Source of the DNA: Gammaproteobacteria bacterium
GTDB taxonomy: Bacteria; Pseudomonadota; Gammaproteobacteria; GCA-002705445; GCA-002716945
Direction of reading: 5' to 3'
DNA: 63,617 bases
NCBI GenBank assembly: GCA_045561295.1
Contig: JBJKYD010000013.1
Coordinates: forward strand, 1 to 63,617
This document shows positions 28,026-38,617 of the stretch, in pieces. How positions within the stretch are numbered: position 1 is the first letter of the stretch; each line of letters opens with the position of its first letter. A program made the position numbers and the translations under genes. Below the pieces are notes generated by a model. It ran no database searches. It was not told the origin of the DNA and saw only the letters and a program-made list of their open reading frames with translations.

Positions 28026-28358
28026 ATGGCATTAGAAGTAAATGGCAAACAAATAGAGGTAGATGAAGAGGGATATCTTTCTAATCTGAATGATTGGGAA
28101 AAAGATATTGCTACAATCATGGCGAAGGAAGATGATATTGAGCTTGGTGATGATCACTGGGAAATAATTAACTTCTTACGCGAATACTACGAAGAATACC
28201 AAATAGCACCTGCAGTAAGAGTTCTTACTAAAGCTGTTGGTAAAAAACTTGGCAAAGACAAAGGAAATAGTAAATATTTATACGAACTTTTCCCATATGG
28301 CCCAGGTAAACAAGCATGTAAATTTGCAGGTCTACCAAAACCAACTGGTTGCGTATAA
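28026..28358 (+). CDS. dsrC: Sulfur carrier DsrC
   Basis: Two conserved C-terminal Cys: ACKFAGLPKPTGCV; SD AGGAG. Confidence 0.97.
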   Translation: MALEVNGKQIEVDEEGYLSNLNDWEKDIATIMAKEDDIELGDDHWEIINFLREYYEEYQIAPAVRVLTKAVGKKLGKDKGNSKYLYELFPYGPGKQACKFAGLPKPTGCV

Positions 28359-28386
28359 AAAACAGTCAAAAGGTCAGGGATAGCCA

Positions 28387-29124
28387 ATGTCATTTGTAAC
28401 TATATTGTATGCAGCGTTGTTCTACTTCGCTGCAGCAATATTGTTCATAGGGCTTGCATACAGAATATATGAATACGCAACAATTCCTGCGCCACTAAAA
28501 ATACCTACCCCACCAGCACCCATGACACAAAGAGGTGTCGCCGTAAGAATATTCCGTGAAGTTGTTTTTTTTGAAAGCCTTTTTTCTGCGACTAAGTGGA
28601 CTTGGCTCTTTAGTTGGATTTTTCATTTAGCACTCTTACTCGCAGCTTTTAGACATTTAAAATATTTTACTGACCCTGTTTGGTCTTGGGTATCATCTGA
28701 ATTAGTACAGGTAGCAGGCCACTATGCGGTATATTTAATGTTAGCAGGTTTATTAGGACTGTTTGCAAGAAGAGTTTTTGTGGATCGAGTAAGATATATC
28801 TCAGTCCCATCTGATTATCTTATATTAGTATTGATCATAGCCATAGCAGGTTCAGGTTTAATGATGAAATGGTTTCCATCTGACATATTGGCAATCAAAT
28901 TATTTTTTACAGGGTTATTAACATTTAATATTTCAGAATTACCAAGTGATACTGTCCTACTTATTCATTTATCATTAGTTATTGCATTAATGATCATTTT
29001 TCCATACAGTAAATTACTGCATGCACCTGGTCTGTTTTTTAGCCCTACAAGAAACCAGGTTGATAACGCAAGAAGCAAAAGACATGTAGCTGATTGGGCA
29101 AAGAAAATGGAGTCTAGTAAATAA
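28387..29124 (+). CDS. dsrM: DsrM membrane cytochrome b
   Basis: NarI-like TM protein, FHLALL...RH, RVRYIS.PSDY, H..L...FP.SKLLH; operon position. Confidence 0.93.
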   Translation: MSFVTILYAALFYFAAAILFIGLAYRIYEYATIPAPLKIPTPPAPMTQRGVAVRIFREVVFFESLFSATKWTWLFSWIFHLALLLAAFRHLKYFTDPVWSWVSSELVQVAGHYAVYLMLAGLLGLFARRVFVDRVRYISVPSDYLILVLIIAIAGSGLMMKWFPSDILAIKLFFTGLLTFNISELPSDTVLLIHLSLVIALMIIFPYSKLLHAPGLFFSPTRNQVDNARSKRHVADWAKKMESSK

Positions 29125-29125
29125 T

Positions 29126-30625
29126 ATGGCCAAGAATAATTTTGAAACACCTGAAGTTAGAACTTTTCCAGTAATACCTAAATTAGAAAACAGTGCGACA
29201 GCACATTTATCTCCATTCAAATCAAAAGAAGAATTTCAAACAAGTCTTGGTTATCCAGGAGAGCTTGTAGATAACTGGCAAGAAAAAGCAATAGATAAAA
29301 TGGGCGATCTATTAACTAAATATCGCTCACTTAGAGTGTATTTAGATTCATGCATCCAGTGTGGAGCTTGTACAGATAAGTGCCACTATTATCAAGGAAC
29401 AAAAGATCCTAAGAATATGCCAGTCGGTCGACAAAACTTAATGAGAAGTGTTTACAGAAGATACTTCACTCTGCCCGGGAAATATTTCCCTAAACTTGTT
29501 GGAGCAAAGGATTTAACTAAAGAAGTTTTAGAGGATTGGTACTCTTACTATCACCAATGCTCGCAGTGTCGAAGATGCGCAGTATTTTGTCCTATAGGAA
29601 TTGATACTGCAGAAATATCTATGGCTGCAAGAGAAGTAATGGACTCTATCGGTGTTGGTCAAAAGTACTGCAATGAAATTATTAGTAAAGTGCATAAAAT
29701 TGGAAACAACCTTGGTTTACCAGAGCCGGCATTAGCTGACACTTTAGAAGGTCTTGAAGAGGATGTTCTTGATGAAACAGAAGCTGATGTAAAATTTCCG
29801 CTAGATGTTAAAGACTCAGATGTTTTATTAGTTACACCATCTGCTGATTTTTTTGCAGAACCACATGTTGATGGCCTTATAGGATATGCGAAAGTATTTC
29901 ATCAGGCAGGAATAAGCTGGACATTAAGCTCTCATGCTAGTGAGGCAGCCAACTTTGGTATGTTTATTGGCAGCTATGACAATATGAAAAAACTTGCCAT
30001 GAGAATTAGAGAGGCAGCACTAGAACTAAATGTAAAAAGAATTGTTTTTGGAGAATGTGGACATGCATGGAGAGTAGCATACAGCTTCCTAAATACTTTA
30101 GCCGGTCCTTTTGATTTTCTTGATCCACGATACCCAGTACCTCAACATATATGTGAAATTACAAGTTCTTTAATGGATCAGAATGTTCTCCAATTTGACA
30201 AAAGCGCAAATGACGAGATGACATTGACATATCATGATTCATGCAATGTGGCTAGGGCATCTAATATGGGTGGAATTATGGGTGGACAATTTACTATTCC
30301 GCGTAAAATCATAAAAACTGTAGTTAATAATTTCTATGATATGGATGAAGAAACCATCAGAGAGAAAACTTACTGCTGCGGAGGCGGAGGCGGTTTGCTG
30401 ACAGATGATTTAATGGAATTGAGAGTAAAAGGTGCTTTGCCAAGGATGGAGGCTTTAAAACAACTAATTGATGAAAAAGGTGTCACACATATGGCAGCTA
30501 TTTGCGCTATTTGTAAGAGTCAATTTAGTAAGGTTTTTCAGTATTATGACCTTGAATTAGATCAAATAGTCAGTGTCCATCAGTTAGTGAGTAATGCCAT
30601 AATAATGAACAAAAAAGAGGTTTAG
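29126..30625 (+). CDS. dsrK: DsrK (HdrD-like Fe-S protein)
   Basis: CIQCGACTDKC, CSQCRRCAVFCP, GECGH, YHDSCN, CCGGGGG, CAIC. Confidence 0.95.
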   Translation: MAKNNFETPEVRTFPVIPKLENSATAHLSPFKSKEEFQTSLGYPGELVDNWQEKAIDKMGDLLTKYRSLRVYLDSCIQCGACTDKCHYYQGTKDPKNMPVGRQNLMRSVYRRYFTLPGKYFPKLVGAKDLTKEVLEDWYSYYHQCSQCRRCAVFCPIGIDTAEISMAAREVMDSIGVGQKYCNEIISKVHKIGNNLGLPEPALADTLEGLEEDVLDETEADVKFPLDVKDSDVLLVTPSADFFAEPHVDGLIGYAKVFHQAGISWTLSSHASEAANFGMFIGSYDNMKKLAMRIREAALELNVKRIVFGECGHAWRVAYSFLNTLAGPFDFLDPRYPVPQHICEITSSLMDQNVLQFDKSANDEMTLTYHDSCNVARASNMGGIMGGQFTIPRKIIKTVVNNFYDMDEETIREKTYCCGGGGGLLTDDLMELRVKGALPRMEALKQLIDEKGVTHMAAICAICKSQFSKVFQYYDLELDQIVSVHQLVSNAIIMNKKEV

Positions 30626-30703
30626 CTCTAAATATCTTGTGCTATACTTTTAAAATTGGAGTATTAGTAAAGTATAATAAACTTATATAAAGTGTTGAAT
30701 TAA

Positions 30704-32677
30704 ATGACTAAATTAGAAAAAACAATAAACTTGATGAAAGAAGAAAATACCTACAAAAGGTATAATGAAGGTGATCACCAATATAGTGATTTCTCTGAAG
30801 CAATATTTGAACAAGATACTTCACACAAATGCCCTACATATGTCCACAAGACACCTCCTTGCCAGGGCAGTTGCCCATCTGGTGAGGATATTAGAGGTTG
30901 GCTACAAATTATTAAAGGTATAGAGCAGCCACCACAAGACATGTCAATGTCAGAGTATGCATTCCGAAGATCAACAACAGCTAATCCATTTCCGTCACAA
31001 ATGGGACGTGTATGCCCAGCTCCTTGTCAGAGTGGTTGTAACAGAAATGAGGTTGATGACTATGTTGGTATAAATGCAGTTGAACAATTTATTGGTGATA
31101 AAGCTATTGAAGAGGGTTACTCGTTTGATGCTGCTCCAAAGCTAAATAAAGAACGTGTTGCAATCATTGGTGGTGGACCAGCAGGATTGTCCGCAGCATA
31201 TCAATTAAGAAAAATGGGTTATGCCTCTACAGTATTTGAAGAAAGAAAAGAGCTAGGCGGAATGATGAGATATGGCATACCAGGTTATAGAACACCTAGA
31301 GATCTACTTGATAAAGAAATAGAAAGAATCATAAATCTTGGTGATATAGAAGTGGTCACTGGCAAACGTGTAGGTAAAGACTTACCTCTAGATGATATAG
31401 AAAAATCACATGATGCAGTTCTTTGGACTATCGGATGTTGGAATGGTAAAGCAATACCAGTAGAGGGTGGCGATGCCACTAACTGTATTACAGGTGTTGA
31501 TTTTCTAGAAGCATTCTGTGACGGAAGGCTCAAAGTAGGATCTAAAAAAGTAATTTGTGTTGGTGGTGGAGATACGTCAATTGATGTTGTATCTGTAGCA
31601 CGTCGTCTTGGTCACATCTCAAAAATGAATGAACAAGATACACCAGAAAATATAGTACATGGTTATGTAGCACAAGATGTCTCAGAATCAGCTGCAAAAG
31701 AAGGTGCTGTTGTGACTTTAACATCATTATTTGCAAAAGAAGAAATGACTGCTGCTGAACAAGAAGTAAACGATGCTATGCATGAAGGTGTGACGATACT
31801 AAATGGCGTTATGCCAGTCAAAATTGAAAAAGATGAAAACAACAAAGCCGTTGCTATGGTAGTGGCTGAATGTACATTTGATGAAAATAATATACCGGTA
31901 CCTGTTGAGGGAACAGAAAAAAGAATAGAAGCCGACCTTATAGTTGCAGCTATTGGACAATCACCAGATATAGAAGGTCTTGATGATCTTGGTAACGAAC
32001 GAGGATTCTTTGAGGTTGACGATTACTATAGACATAAAACAAAAGAAGGACATTTTGTAGCTGGAGATATAATTAGACCTCATTTACTTACAACAGCAAT
32101 TGGTCAAGGCTCAATAGTTTCACAAACAATTAAAAGCTACTTCGAAAATAATGATTTCAAAAGACGTCCAAAAGTTGACGTGCATCACTTTAACCTACTA
32201 GACAAATTAAGAGAAACTGACCTAGAACCAGAAAAATACACCGCGCCAATAGAGCCAGATGAGTTACGTGGTTCTGATACAAGTAAAAATGTTTTACATA
32301 ACTATGAGGATCGCTCATCTCAGGAAATTATTCCATCAACAGAACTCTTTCTTGGTCACTTCAAACATGAAGATAGATTAAAGCGTGGGGAAGATGTTCC
32401 TAGCGGAGATGAAGTAATAGATAACTATAAAGATAGAATCATAGGCCTTACCGAGGAAGAGGCAATCAAAGAAGCATCAAGATGTATGAGTTGTGGAATG
32501 TGTTTCGAATGTGATAACTGTGTAATTTATTGTCCACAAGATGCTGTATTCAGGGTTAAAAAAGATGAAGCAACGCTGGGTAGATATGTAGATACTGATT
32601 ATAATAAATGTATTGGTTGTCATATATGTGCAGATGTATGTCCAACTGGTTATATTAAAATGGGCCTTGGCGAATAG
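30704..32677 (+). CDS. dsrL: DsrL Fe-S flavoprotein (DsrL-1 type)
   Basis: PPCQGSCP, GRVCPAPC, GGGPAG, YGIP, GGGDT; TLTSLF in place of the YRR of NADP-type DsrL-2; C-terminal ferredoxin domain. Confidence 0.93.
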   Translation: MTKLEKTINLMKEENTYKRYNEGDHQYSDFSEAIFEQDTSHKCPTYVHKTPPCQGSCPSGEDIRGWLQIIKGIEQPPQDMSMSEYAFRRSTTANPFPSQMGRVCPAPCQSGCNRNEVDDYVGINAVEQFIGDKAIEEGYSFDAAPKLNKERVAIIGGGPAGLSAAYQLRKMGYASTVFEERKELGGMMRYGIPGYRTPRDLLDKEIERIINLGDIEVVTGKRVGKDLPLDDIEKSHDAVLWTIGCWNGKAIPVEGGDATNCITGVDFLEAFCDGRLKVGSKKVICVGGGDTSIDVVSVARRLGHISKMNEQDTPENIVHGYVAQDVSESAAKEGAVVTLTSLFAKEEMTAAEQEVNDAMHEGVTILNGVMPVKIEKDENNKAVAMVVAECTFDENNIPVPVEGTEKRIEADLIVAAIGQSPDIEGLDDLGNERGFFEVDDYYRHKTKEGHFVAGDIIRPHLLTTAIGQGSIVSQTIKSYFENNDFKRRPKVDVHHFNLLDKLRETDLEPEKYTAPIEPDELRGSDTSKNVLHNYEDRSSQEIIPSTELFLGHFKHEDRLKRGEDVPSGDEVIDNYKDRIIGLTEEEAIKEASRCMSCGMCFECDNCVIYCPQDAVFRVKKDEATLGRYVDTDYNKCIGCHICADVCPTGYIKMGLGE

Positions 32678-32707
32678 AGTAATCGCTTTTTAATCAGGGG
32701 AAAATTA

Positions 32708-33163
32708 TTGAAACACCTTAAAATATCATTTCTGATATTTATTCTTTCAGTAGGTATTCAAAATGTAAGTTCACATGATGGTAGCCCTCATGTTACACCG
32801 GGTAAATCAAAAGCAGATTCACAAGAAGCATGTGTTGAACCAACAGAACTCATGAGAAAAGAGCATTATATGTTTCTTCTTCATCAACGTGATGAAACGG
32901 TAATTGATGGAGTTAGAACTAAGAAGCATAGTTTTGCTAATTGTATTGACTGCCATGTGTCCTATGATGAACAAGGTAAAGCCATTCCCATAAATGCCGA
33001 AGGTCAATTTTGCCAAGAATGTCATGTTAAAACAGCTACAAATATAACCTGCTTTTCATGTCATGCTGCAGAACCAAGATTTCCACAACATTCTGGAATG
33101 ACTAGTAAAATGAATTCAAATGATATTAAAGAATTAGTGAAACATATAAACAATGATAAATAG
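32708..33163 (+). CDS. dsrJ: DsrJ triheme cytochrome c
   Basis: Signal peptide; CV...MR..H...L.HQRD; three CxxCH (CIDCH, CQECH, CFSCH). Confidence 0.92.
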   Translation: MKHLKISFLIFILSVGIQNVSSHDGSPHVTPGKSKADSQEACVEPTELMRKEHYMFLLHQRDETVIDGVRTKKHSFANCIDCHVSYDEQGKAIPINAEGQFCQECHVKTATNITCFSCHAAEPRFPQHSGMTSKMNSNDIKELVKHINNDK

Positions 33164-33881
33164 ACGAAACTTTCTTGTTAAATCAGCAAGTGCACTTGCA
33201 ATAACTTTTGTCGTGCCTTCGTTACTATCTAGCAAAGCACATGCAAAAAAACCTCTTGCTCAAAAAGTTACTGATAAACAAAGCTGGGGAATTCATGTTG
33301 ATGCAGGTAAATGTGTTGAAGGATGCACAGCTTGTGTTGATGCATGTAATGAAGAAAATGGTCTAACTGGTTTTGGAAGACCTGAAACTGATTCTCAGTG
33401 GATTAGAAAGGTTACAGTTAAAAATAAGACAACTGATAAGATCACTACGATGCCGATGATGTGTCAGCATTGTGAAAATCCACCATGTTGTGATGTTTGT
33501 CCGACTGGAGCATCATTTAAAAGAGTAGATGGAATTGTAATGGTAAACCAGCATACATGTATCGGTTGCAGGTATTGCATGATGGCTTGCCCATTTAAGG
33601 CACGATCATTTGTCCACGAGACACTAACACAACAAAACACTAATGCTCCTAGAGGTAAGGGATGTGTTGAAAGTTGCAATTTATGTGTCAATAGAATTGA
33701 TCATGGTTCAGAGACAACTGCCTGTGAAGATGCTTGTAATAAAGCAGGGCATTCAGCAATTACTTTTGGCGATTTAAAGAACCCTTCAAGCAAAGTAAGA
33801 CTTGTTATTGATTCAAATAACCCAAGAAGATTAAGAAATGATCTTAACCTCCAACAAAAAGTTTTTTATTCTAACATATGA
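33153..33881 (+). CDS. dsrO: DsrO periplasmic Fe-S protein
   Basis: Tat signal RRNFL; CQHCENPPC, CIGCRYCMMACP, CNLC. Confidence 0.93.
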   Translation: MINRRNFLVKSASALAITFVVPSLLSSKAHAKKPLAQKVTDKQSWGIHVDAGKCVEGCTACVDACNEENGLTGFGRPETDSQWIRKVTVKNKTTDKITTMPMMCQHCENPPCCDVCPTGASFKRVDGIVMVNQHTCIGCRYCMMACPFKARSFVHETLTQQNTNAPRGKGCVESCNLCVNRIDHGSETTACEDACNKAGHSAITFGDLKNPSSKVRLVIDSNNPRRLRNDLNLQQKVFYSNI

Positions 33882-35053
33882 GCGAATACACCTTACAAAA
33901 ATTAAAAACATGCAGATATGCATATTGGGGAATTTTTCTATTCTTAGGTTTTCTTATACTTTTAGGAATAGCCTCATCAGCTTATATGGAACATGAAGGT
34001 CATTATGTTACTGGTATGAATAATCAAATTGTCTGGGGCCTCCCACATATTTTTGCTGTGACCTTAATCGTCATTGCTTCTGGCGTACTTAATATTGCCT
34101 CTATGTCTTCTGCATTTAATAAGAAACTATATAAGCCACTAGCTCCTTTATCGGCTCTATTTGCTATTGCTTTTTTAATAGCAGGATTAATAATCTTGGT
34201 ATTAGATTTGGGGAGACCTGATCGTTTAATAGTAGCGATGACCACATATAATTTTAAATCTATTTTTGCATGGAATATTTTTTTATACTCTGGATTCTTT
34301 GTTATTTTATCTATATACATATGGACTATGCTGGATTTTAACGTAAGTAAATATTCATCATATGTTGGCAAGCTAGCATTCGGTTGGAGAATAATTTTAA
34401 CTACAGGAACAGGATCAATATTTGGTTTCCTTGTTGCAAGAGAAGCATATTCAACAGCTGTTTTAGCCCCTTTATTTATTGTTATGTCTCTACTTTATGG
34501 AACTGCGGTGTTTTATTTACTTCTTCGAATTATATCTAAATTACAAAATATAAATATACCTGATGAAATCGTTTCTAACATAAGACGATTAATGATAATT
34601 TTTCTATTGGCAAATATATATTTCCTTATTCTATATCACATCACTAATTTATATATATCTAAACAAATTGCGGTTACGACATTTATATTACTAGAAGGTG
34701 GAAATTACACTACCATGTTTTGGCTTGGCCAAGTAGGAGTTGGTCTACTAATACCTTTACTATTCGAATTAACCAATAAAGAGAACAGAAACTTTCCTTT
34801 GACTCTCACATCTATAATGACCCTGATAGGGGGGTTCTTTGCAGTAGCAGTTATAATTATTGGTGGGCAAGCATTTCCTTTAAATATTTTTCCGGATCAT
34901 ACTATTATTAGTTCATCTTTTTTTGATAATCAAATTCATAGTTATTCACCTTCGATATTTGAATTTGGCCTTGGTATAGGTGGTACATCATTAGCACTGA
35001 TAATTATTCTTGTGCTGATAACTAACTTGAAATTTATACCAACAAAAAAATAA
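33878..35053 (+). CDS. dsrP: DsrP (NrfD/PsrC-type membrane protein)
   Basis: VTGM...IVWGLPH, LDLGRPDRL, about ten TM helices, IIGGQAFP. Confidence 0.92.
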   Translation: MSEYTLQKLKTCRYAYWGIFLFLGFLILLGIASSAYMEHEGHYVTGMNNQIVWGLPHIFAVTLIVIASGVLNIASMSSAFNKKLYKPLAPLSALFAIAFLIAGLIILVLDLGRPDRLIVAMTTYNFKSIFAWNIFLYSGFFVILSIYIWTMLDFNVSKYSSYVGKLAFGWRIILTTGTGSIFGFLVAREAYSTAVLAPLFIVMSLLYGTAVFYLLLRIISKLQNINIPDEIVSNIRRLMIIFLLANIYFLILYHITNLYISKQIAVTTFILLEGGNYTTMFWLGQVGVGLLIPLLFELTNKENRNFPLTLTSIMTLIGGFFAVAVIIIGGQAFPLNIFPDHTIISSSFFDNQIHSYSPSIFEFGLGIGGTSLALIIILVLITNLKFIPTKK

Positions 35054-35069
35054 ACTCCAACTATTCAAA

Positions 35070-36434
35070 ATGCAAACTCTACTTATATCCTCGACAAAAA
35101 AGTCATCAGGAAAAACTATAGTTACTATAGGTCTAGTGGGACTAGCTACCAAGTTAGGTTATTCAGTTCAAACATTTAAAAAAGGACCAGATTTTATTGA
35201 CCCATCATGGTTATCATATGTATCTAAAAGACCATGTTTCAACTTAGATTTTAATACAATGAGTGCGAATGAAATTAAATCCACTTATCAAACAAGAGTA
35301 AACGGATCAGATATGGGAATAATAGAGGGCACAAAGGGTTTATATGACGGAATATCAACAGACGGAAGGGATAGTAATGCCGAGCTTGCAAAACTCTTAA
35401 GAACCGAAGTTTTATTAATAATAGATTGTAAAGGTATTACTCGAGGTATCGCGCCTCTGCTGCAAGGATATAAAAAATTTGATAATAAATTAAAGTTAAA
35501 TCATGTTCTTCTTAATCATGTATCAACAAGCAGGCATGAAGGAAAATTACTTTCAGCAATTAAACAGTATACGGACTTCAAAGTATTGGGGGCAATACCT
35601 CCAATTAATAATCTTATTGATGAGAGACATCTGGGACTAATTCCATCATTTCAGCATAAAGATAAGAATAGTGTTACTAAATCGATTATATCTACATTAC
35701 GAGACAATGTTGATTATAAAAAAATATTTCCAAAAAAAATAAAAAAACAAAAACAGATAAAAGGACATAAAAATCTAATAAAAGGAAAACAAAATTTAAC
35801 TATCGGGGTAGCGGTTGATTCTGCCTTTGGATTTTATTATCCAGATGATCTTGAAAAAATTGTTAAATATGGACATAAAATTAAAAAAGTAAATCTTATA
35901 AAAGATAAGGAACTACCTGCTCTTGATGGTCTTTTTATTGGTGGCGGGTTTCCTGAAACACAAGCAATGGAACTGGCAAAAAATACATCTATGAAAAAAT
36001 CTGTTAAATCAGCAATTGAAAATCATTTACCTGTGTATGCAGAATGTGGTGGGCTTATGTATCTTGCAAATAACTTAAAGTTTAATAGCAAGACAAAAAA
36101 AATGTGCAATGTTTTTGATGTAGATATAATTATGAATACTAAACCAGTTGGTAGAGGTTATACTATTTTAGATAGTCTAGTACACCCATGGGGAATAAAG
36201 AAAATTAATATTCATGCACATGAATTCCACTACTCATCTGTTATCAGTAGAAAAAAGAGATATAAATACGCATTTAATATAAAGAGAGGCTATGGTATAA
36301 ATGGGAAAAAAGACGGTTTAATTTATAAAAATACTATTGCATCATTTTCTCATTTAAGATCATGCAATTCTTTTGATTGGATAAAATATTTCATCAAACA
36401 TATAGAGGAAGTTAATGGTAAAGCAAATATTTGA
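35070..36434 (+). CDS. dsrN: Siroheme amidase DsrN (cobyrinate a,c-diamide synthase family)
   Basis: SSGKT, FKKGPDFIDP, ERHLGL, AFGFYY, GGGFPE, AECGGLMYL, HEFHYS. Confidence 0.9.
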   Translation: MQTLLISSTKKSSGKTIVTIGLVGLATKLGYSVQTFKKGPDFIDPSWLSYVSKRPCFNLDFNTMSANEIKSTYQTRVNGSDMGIIEGTKGLYDGISTDGRDSNAELAKLLRTEVLLIIDCKGITRGIAPLLQGYKKFDNKLKLNHVLLNHVSTSRHEGKLLSAIKQYTDFKVLGAIPPINNLIDERHLGLIPSFQHKDKNSVTKSIISTLRDNVDYKKIFPKKIKKQKQIKGHKNLIKGKQNLTIGVAVDSAFGFYYPDDLEKIVKYGHKIKKVNLIKDKELPALDGLFIGGGFPETQAMELAKNTSMKKSVKSAIENHLPVYAECGGLMYLANNLKFNSKTKKMCNVFDVDIIMNTKPVGRGYTILDSLVHPWGIKKINIHAHEFHYSSVISRKKRYKYAFNIKRGYGINGKKDGLIYKNTIASFSHLRSCNSFDWIKYFIKHIEEVNGKANI

Positions 36435-36771
36435 AATAAGTGATGAAGCTGCTAAACAAATCAATGTAGCGTCTGAGTCATCGGAAAGTTCTGAGTGGCC
36501 TCTTAGAATATCACTGAATGTTGATGATAACGGTAAATTTAACTATCTCATGGGTTTTGATCAATCTAAAGAAGAGGATCTCCAACTAAAAATAAATGGT
36601 ATAAATATATTGATTGATCCAAATTCAATGATTAACTTAAAAAATACAAAACTAGATTTCGTTGCAATTGATGGCAAGGATAAACAATTTATTTTTATAA
36701 ATCCTAATGATCCTGAATACCAAAAACCTGATGAATCATTAGATTCAAATACTACACACGATTTTCATTAA
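36415..36771 (+). CDS. dsrR: DsrR (IscA-like protein lacking Fe-S cysteines)
   Basis: I...AA.QI, LRI, Y.MGFD, LDFV...FIF.NPND; no Cys; follows dsrN. Confidence 0.85.
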   Translation: MVKQIFEISDEAAKQINVASESSESSEWPLRISLNVDDNGKFNYLMGFDQSKEEDLQLKINGINILIDPNSMINLKNTKLDFVAIDGKDKQFIFINPNDPEYQKPDESLDSNTTHDFH

Positions 36772-36775
36772 CATA

Positions 36776-37726
36776 TTACTGTCTGAGAGATTTTGGTAGA
36801 GAAAATACAACCGCTTCTTCTTTAAAAGCGATTTCTTCATTTGACATTTTCGCACCATTATTAATTAAGAATCTAATTAATGCTTGAACTGTATGTTCCG
36901 GAGCAGATGCTCCTGCAGTTATACCTATGACTTTACTCTTACTAAGCTTATTGATATCTAGCTGACTTTCATGATCAATTAAGTAGGCATCTTTTCCATA
37001 TTGAACAGCTATTTCCTTTAGACGTTGTGAGTTAGAGCTATTTTGTGAACCTACAACAACAAGTGAATCACAAAGATCTAATATTTTTTTAACTGCCTCT
37101 TGTCTGTTCTGGGTTGCATAACATATATCACTCTTCTTTGGCCCCTCAATATTAGGATATTTCTCTTTCAAAGCATCAACTATATCTTGCGTATCATCGA
37201 CTGAGAGTGTTGTCTGAGTCACATATGAAATTTTCTTATTTTTAATTTCTAAGGTTTCTACATCAGCTTTACTTTCTACTAAATAAATTTTTCCTTCTTT
37301 AGATTTATATTGTCCCATTGTTCCCTCAACTTCAGGATGACCATTATGGCCTATTAGAATAACATCTATATTTTCACGAGCATATTTATGGATTTCAAAA
37401 TGAACTTTTGTAACTAGAGGACAAGTAGCATCAAAGATTGTTAAATTCTTCTTTTGAGCTATGTCTGTCACTTCTTTTGATACACCATGTGCACTATAAA
37501 TTAATATTGACTTATCTGGTACTTCAGTTAACGACTCTATAAAGACAACCCCTTTTTTGGTGAGCTCTTCTATTACATTTTTATTATGAACAACTTCATG
37601 TTTTACGTAGATTTCTTCATCAAACATTTCAATAGCTCGGTTTACTATACCAATAGCTCTTTCAACACCTGCACAAAAACCTCTTGGTTCCGTAAGCAAT
37701 ATCTCACAATCTTTAAGTTTCATCAT
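36776..37726 (-). CDS. ispH: 4-hydroxy-3-methylbut-2-enyl diphosphate reductase
   Basis: PRGFCAGVERAI, DATCPLVTKVH, HPEVEG, ICYATQNRQ, SSNS, TAGASAP. Confidence 0.97.
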   Translation of the reverse strand: MMKLKDCEILLTEPRGFCAGVERAIGIVNRAIEMFDEEIYVKHEVVHNKNVIEELTKKGVVFIESLTEVPDKSILIYSAHGVSKEVTDIAQKKNLTIFDATCPLVTKVHFEIHKYARENIDVILIGHNGHPEVEGTMGQYKSKEGKIYLVESKADVETLEIKNKKISYVTQTTLSVDDTQDIVDALKEKYPNIEGPKKSDICYATQNRQEAVKKILDLCDSLVVVGSQNSSNSQRLKEIAVQYGKDAYLIDHESQLDINKLSKSKVIGITAGASAPEHTVQALIRFLINNGAKMSNEEIAFKEEAVVFSLPKSLRQ

Positions 37727-38144
37727 CTATCTCAATAATTTCAACTCTAAATTTAACATTTTTATCAGATAAAGGGTGATTCATATCTATTACTATGTCT
37801 TTATCCGATACCTGTAAAACTGTAACAAAGCATGATTTATCATCTTGAATAGTTTCTATGATGTCTCCTGATTTGACATTTTTATAGTGCTTTAATAAAT
37901 CACGCTTTGTTGTGATAACTTTATCTTGATCATACTTCCCAAATATTTCTTTTGAGTCATAACTATATTCTTTTTCATCTCCACATTTTAATCCATATAA
38001 TGATGCTTCAATTATTTGAGGCATTTTAGATTTGCCGATGGTTATTCTAATAGGCTCTTTGTCAAAGGTACTCTCAAATAAATTATCATTCCCTTTAAGT
38101 GAGTAATTAAGCAATACAGTACTATTATATCTAATGGACTTCAT
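37713..38144 (-). CDS. fkpB: FKBP-type peptidyl-prolyl isomerase (SlpA/FkpB)
   Basis: FESTF...P, FG.YD, IDMNHPL....V.F.VEI; conserved lspA-fkpB-ispH order. Confidence 0.85.
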   Translation of the reverse strand: MKSIRYNSTVLLNYSLKGNDNLFESTFDKEPIRITIGKSKMPQIIEASLYGLKCGDEKEYSYDSKEIFGKYDQDKVITTKRDLLKHYKNVKSGDIIETIQDDKSCFVTVLQVSDKDIVIDMNHPLSDKNVKFRVEIIEIDDET

Positions 38145-38617
38145 TTGCTTTATCTCTCATATAATAAATTATTATTAGTACTGCTCCTATGCTTATTGAT
38201 AGATCCGCTATATTAAAAACTGCTGGGAAATATATATCCTTATAATGTAAAATAATAAAGTCAGTAACAGCAGAATTATCATATCTATCAATAAAATTAG
38301 CTGAGCCACCTCCTAAGATAAGAGACAACCCTACTAGATATAAATTACTACTCGCTAAATTTGTGAATAACTCTCTAGCTATGAAAAGCTAAGATAAAAA
38401 ATATTACTATATTCAATATCAGCTGACCAACACCCTCTAGTTCATTGAACAAACTAAATGCAATTCCATAATTATTCATTTTATAAATAGTAATGAAAGA
38501 GTTTAAAACATAATTTTGATCAAATAATAATGCATACTGCTTAGAAAAATAGTCGATCACTATGATTGTTAAAATAATGCAAAAAGAGATTGCCCCTTTT
38601 AGGCGTACGTCCTGCAT
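38131..38617 (-). pseudogene. lspA: Lipoprotein signal peptidase II split by a +1 frameshift (likely sequence error)
   Basis: N-part D..SK, N.GIAFS; C-part LILGG..AN.IDR...AVTDFI, FNIAD. Deleting one A of 38384-38387 joins the frames (...ILAFIARELFTN...). Confidence 0.85.

Noticed and set aside
35715-35795. A-rich, Lys-rich stretch in dsrN
   Set aside because: In-frame inter-domain linker consistent with AT bias; no frameshift.
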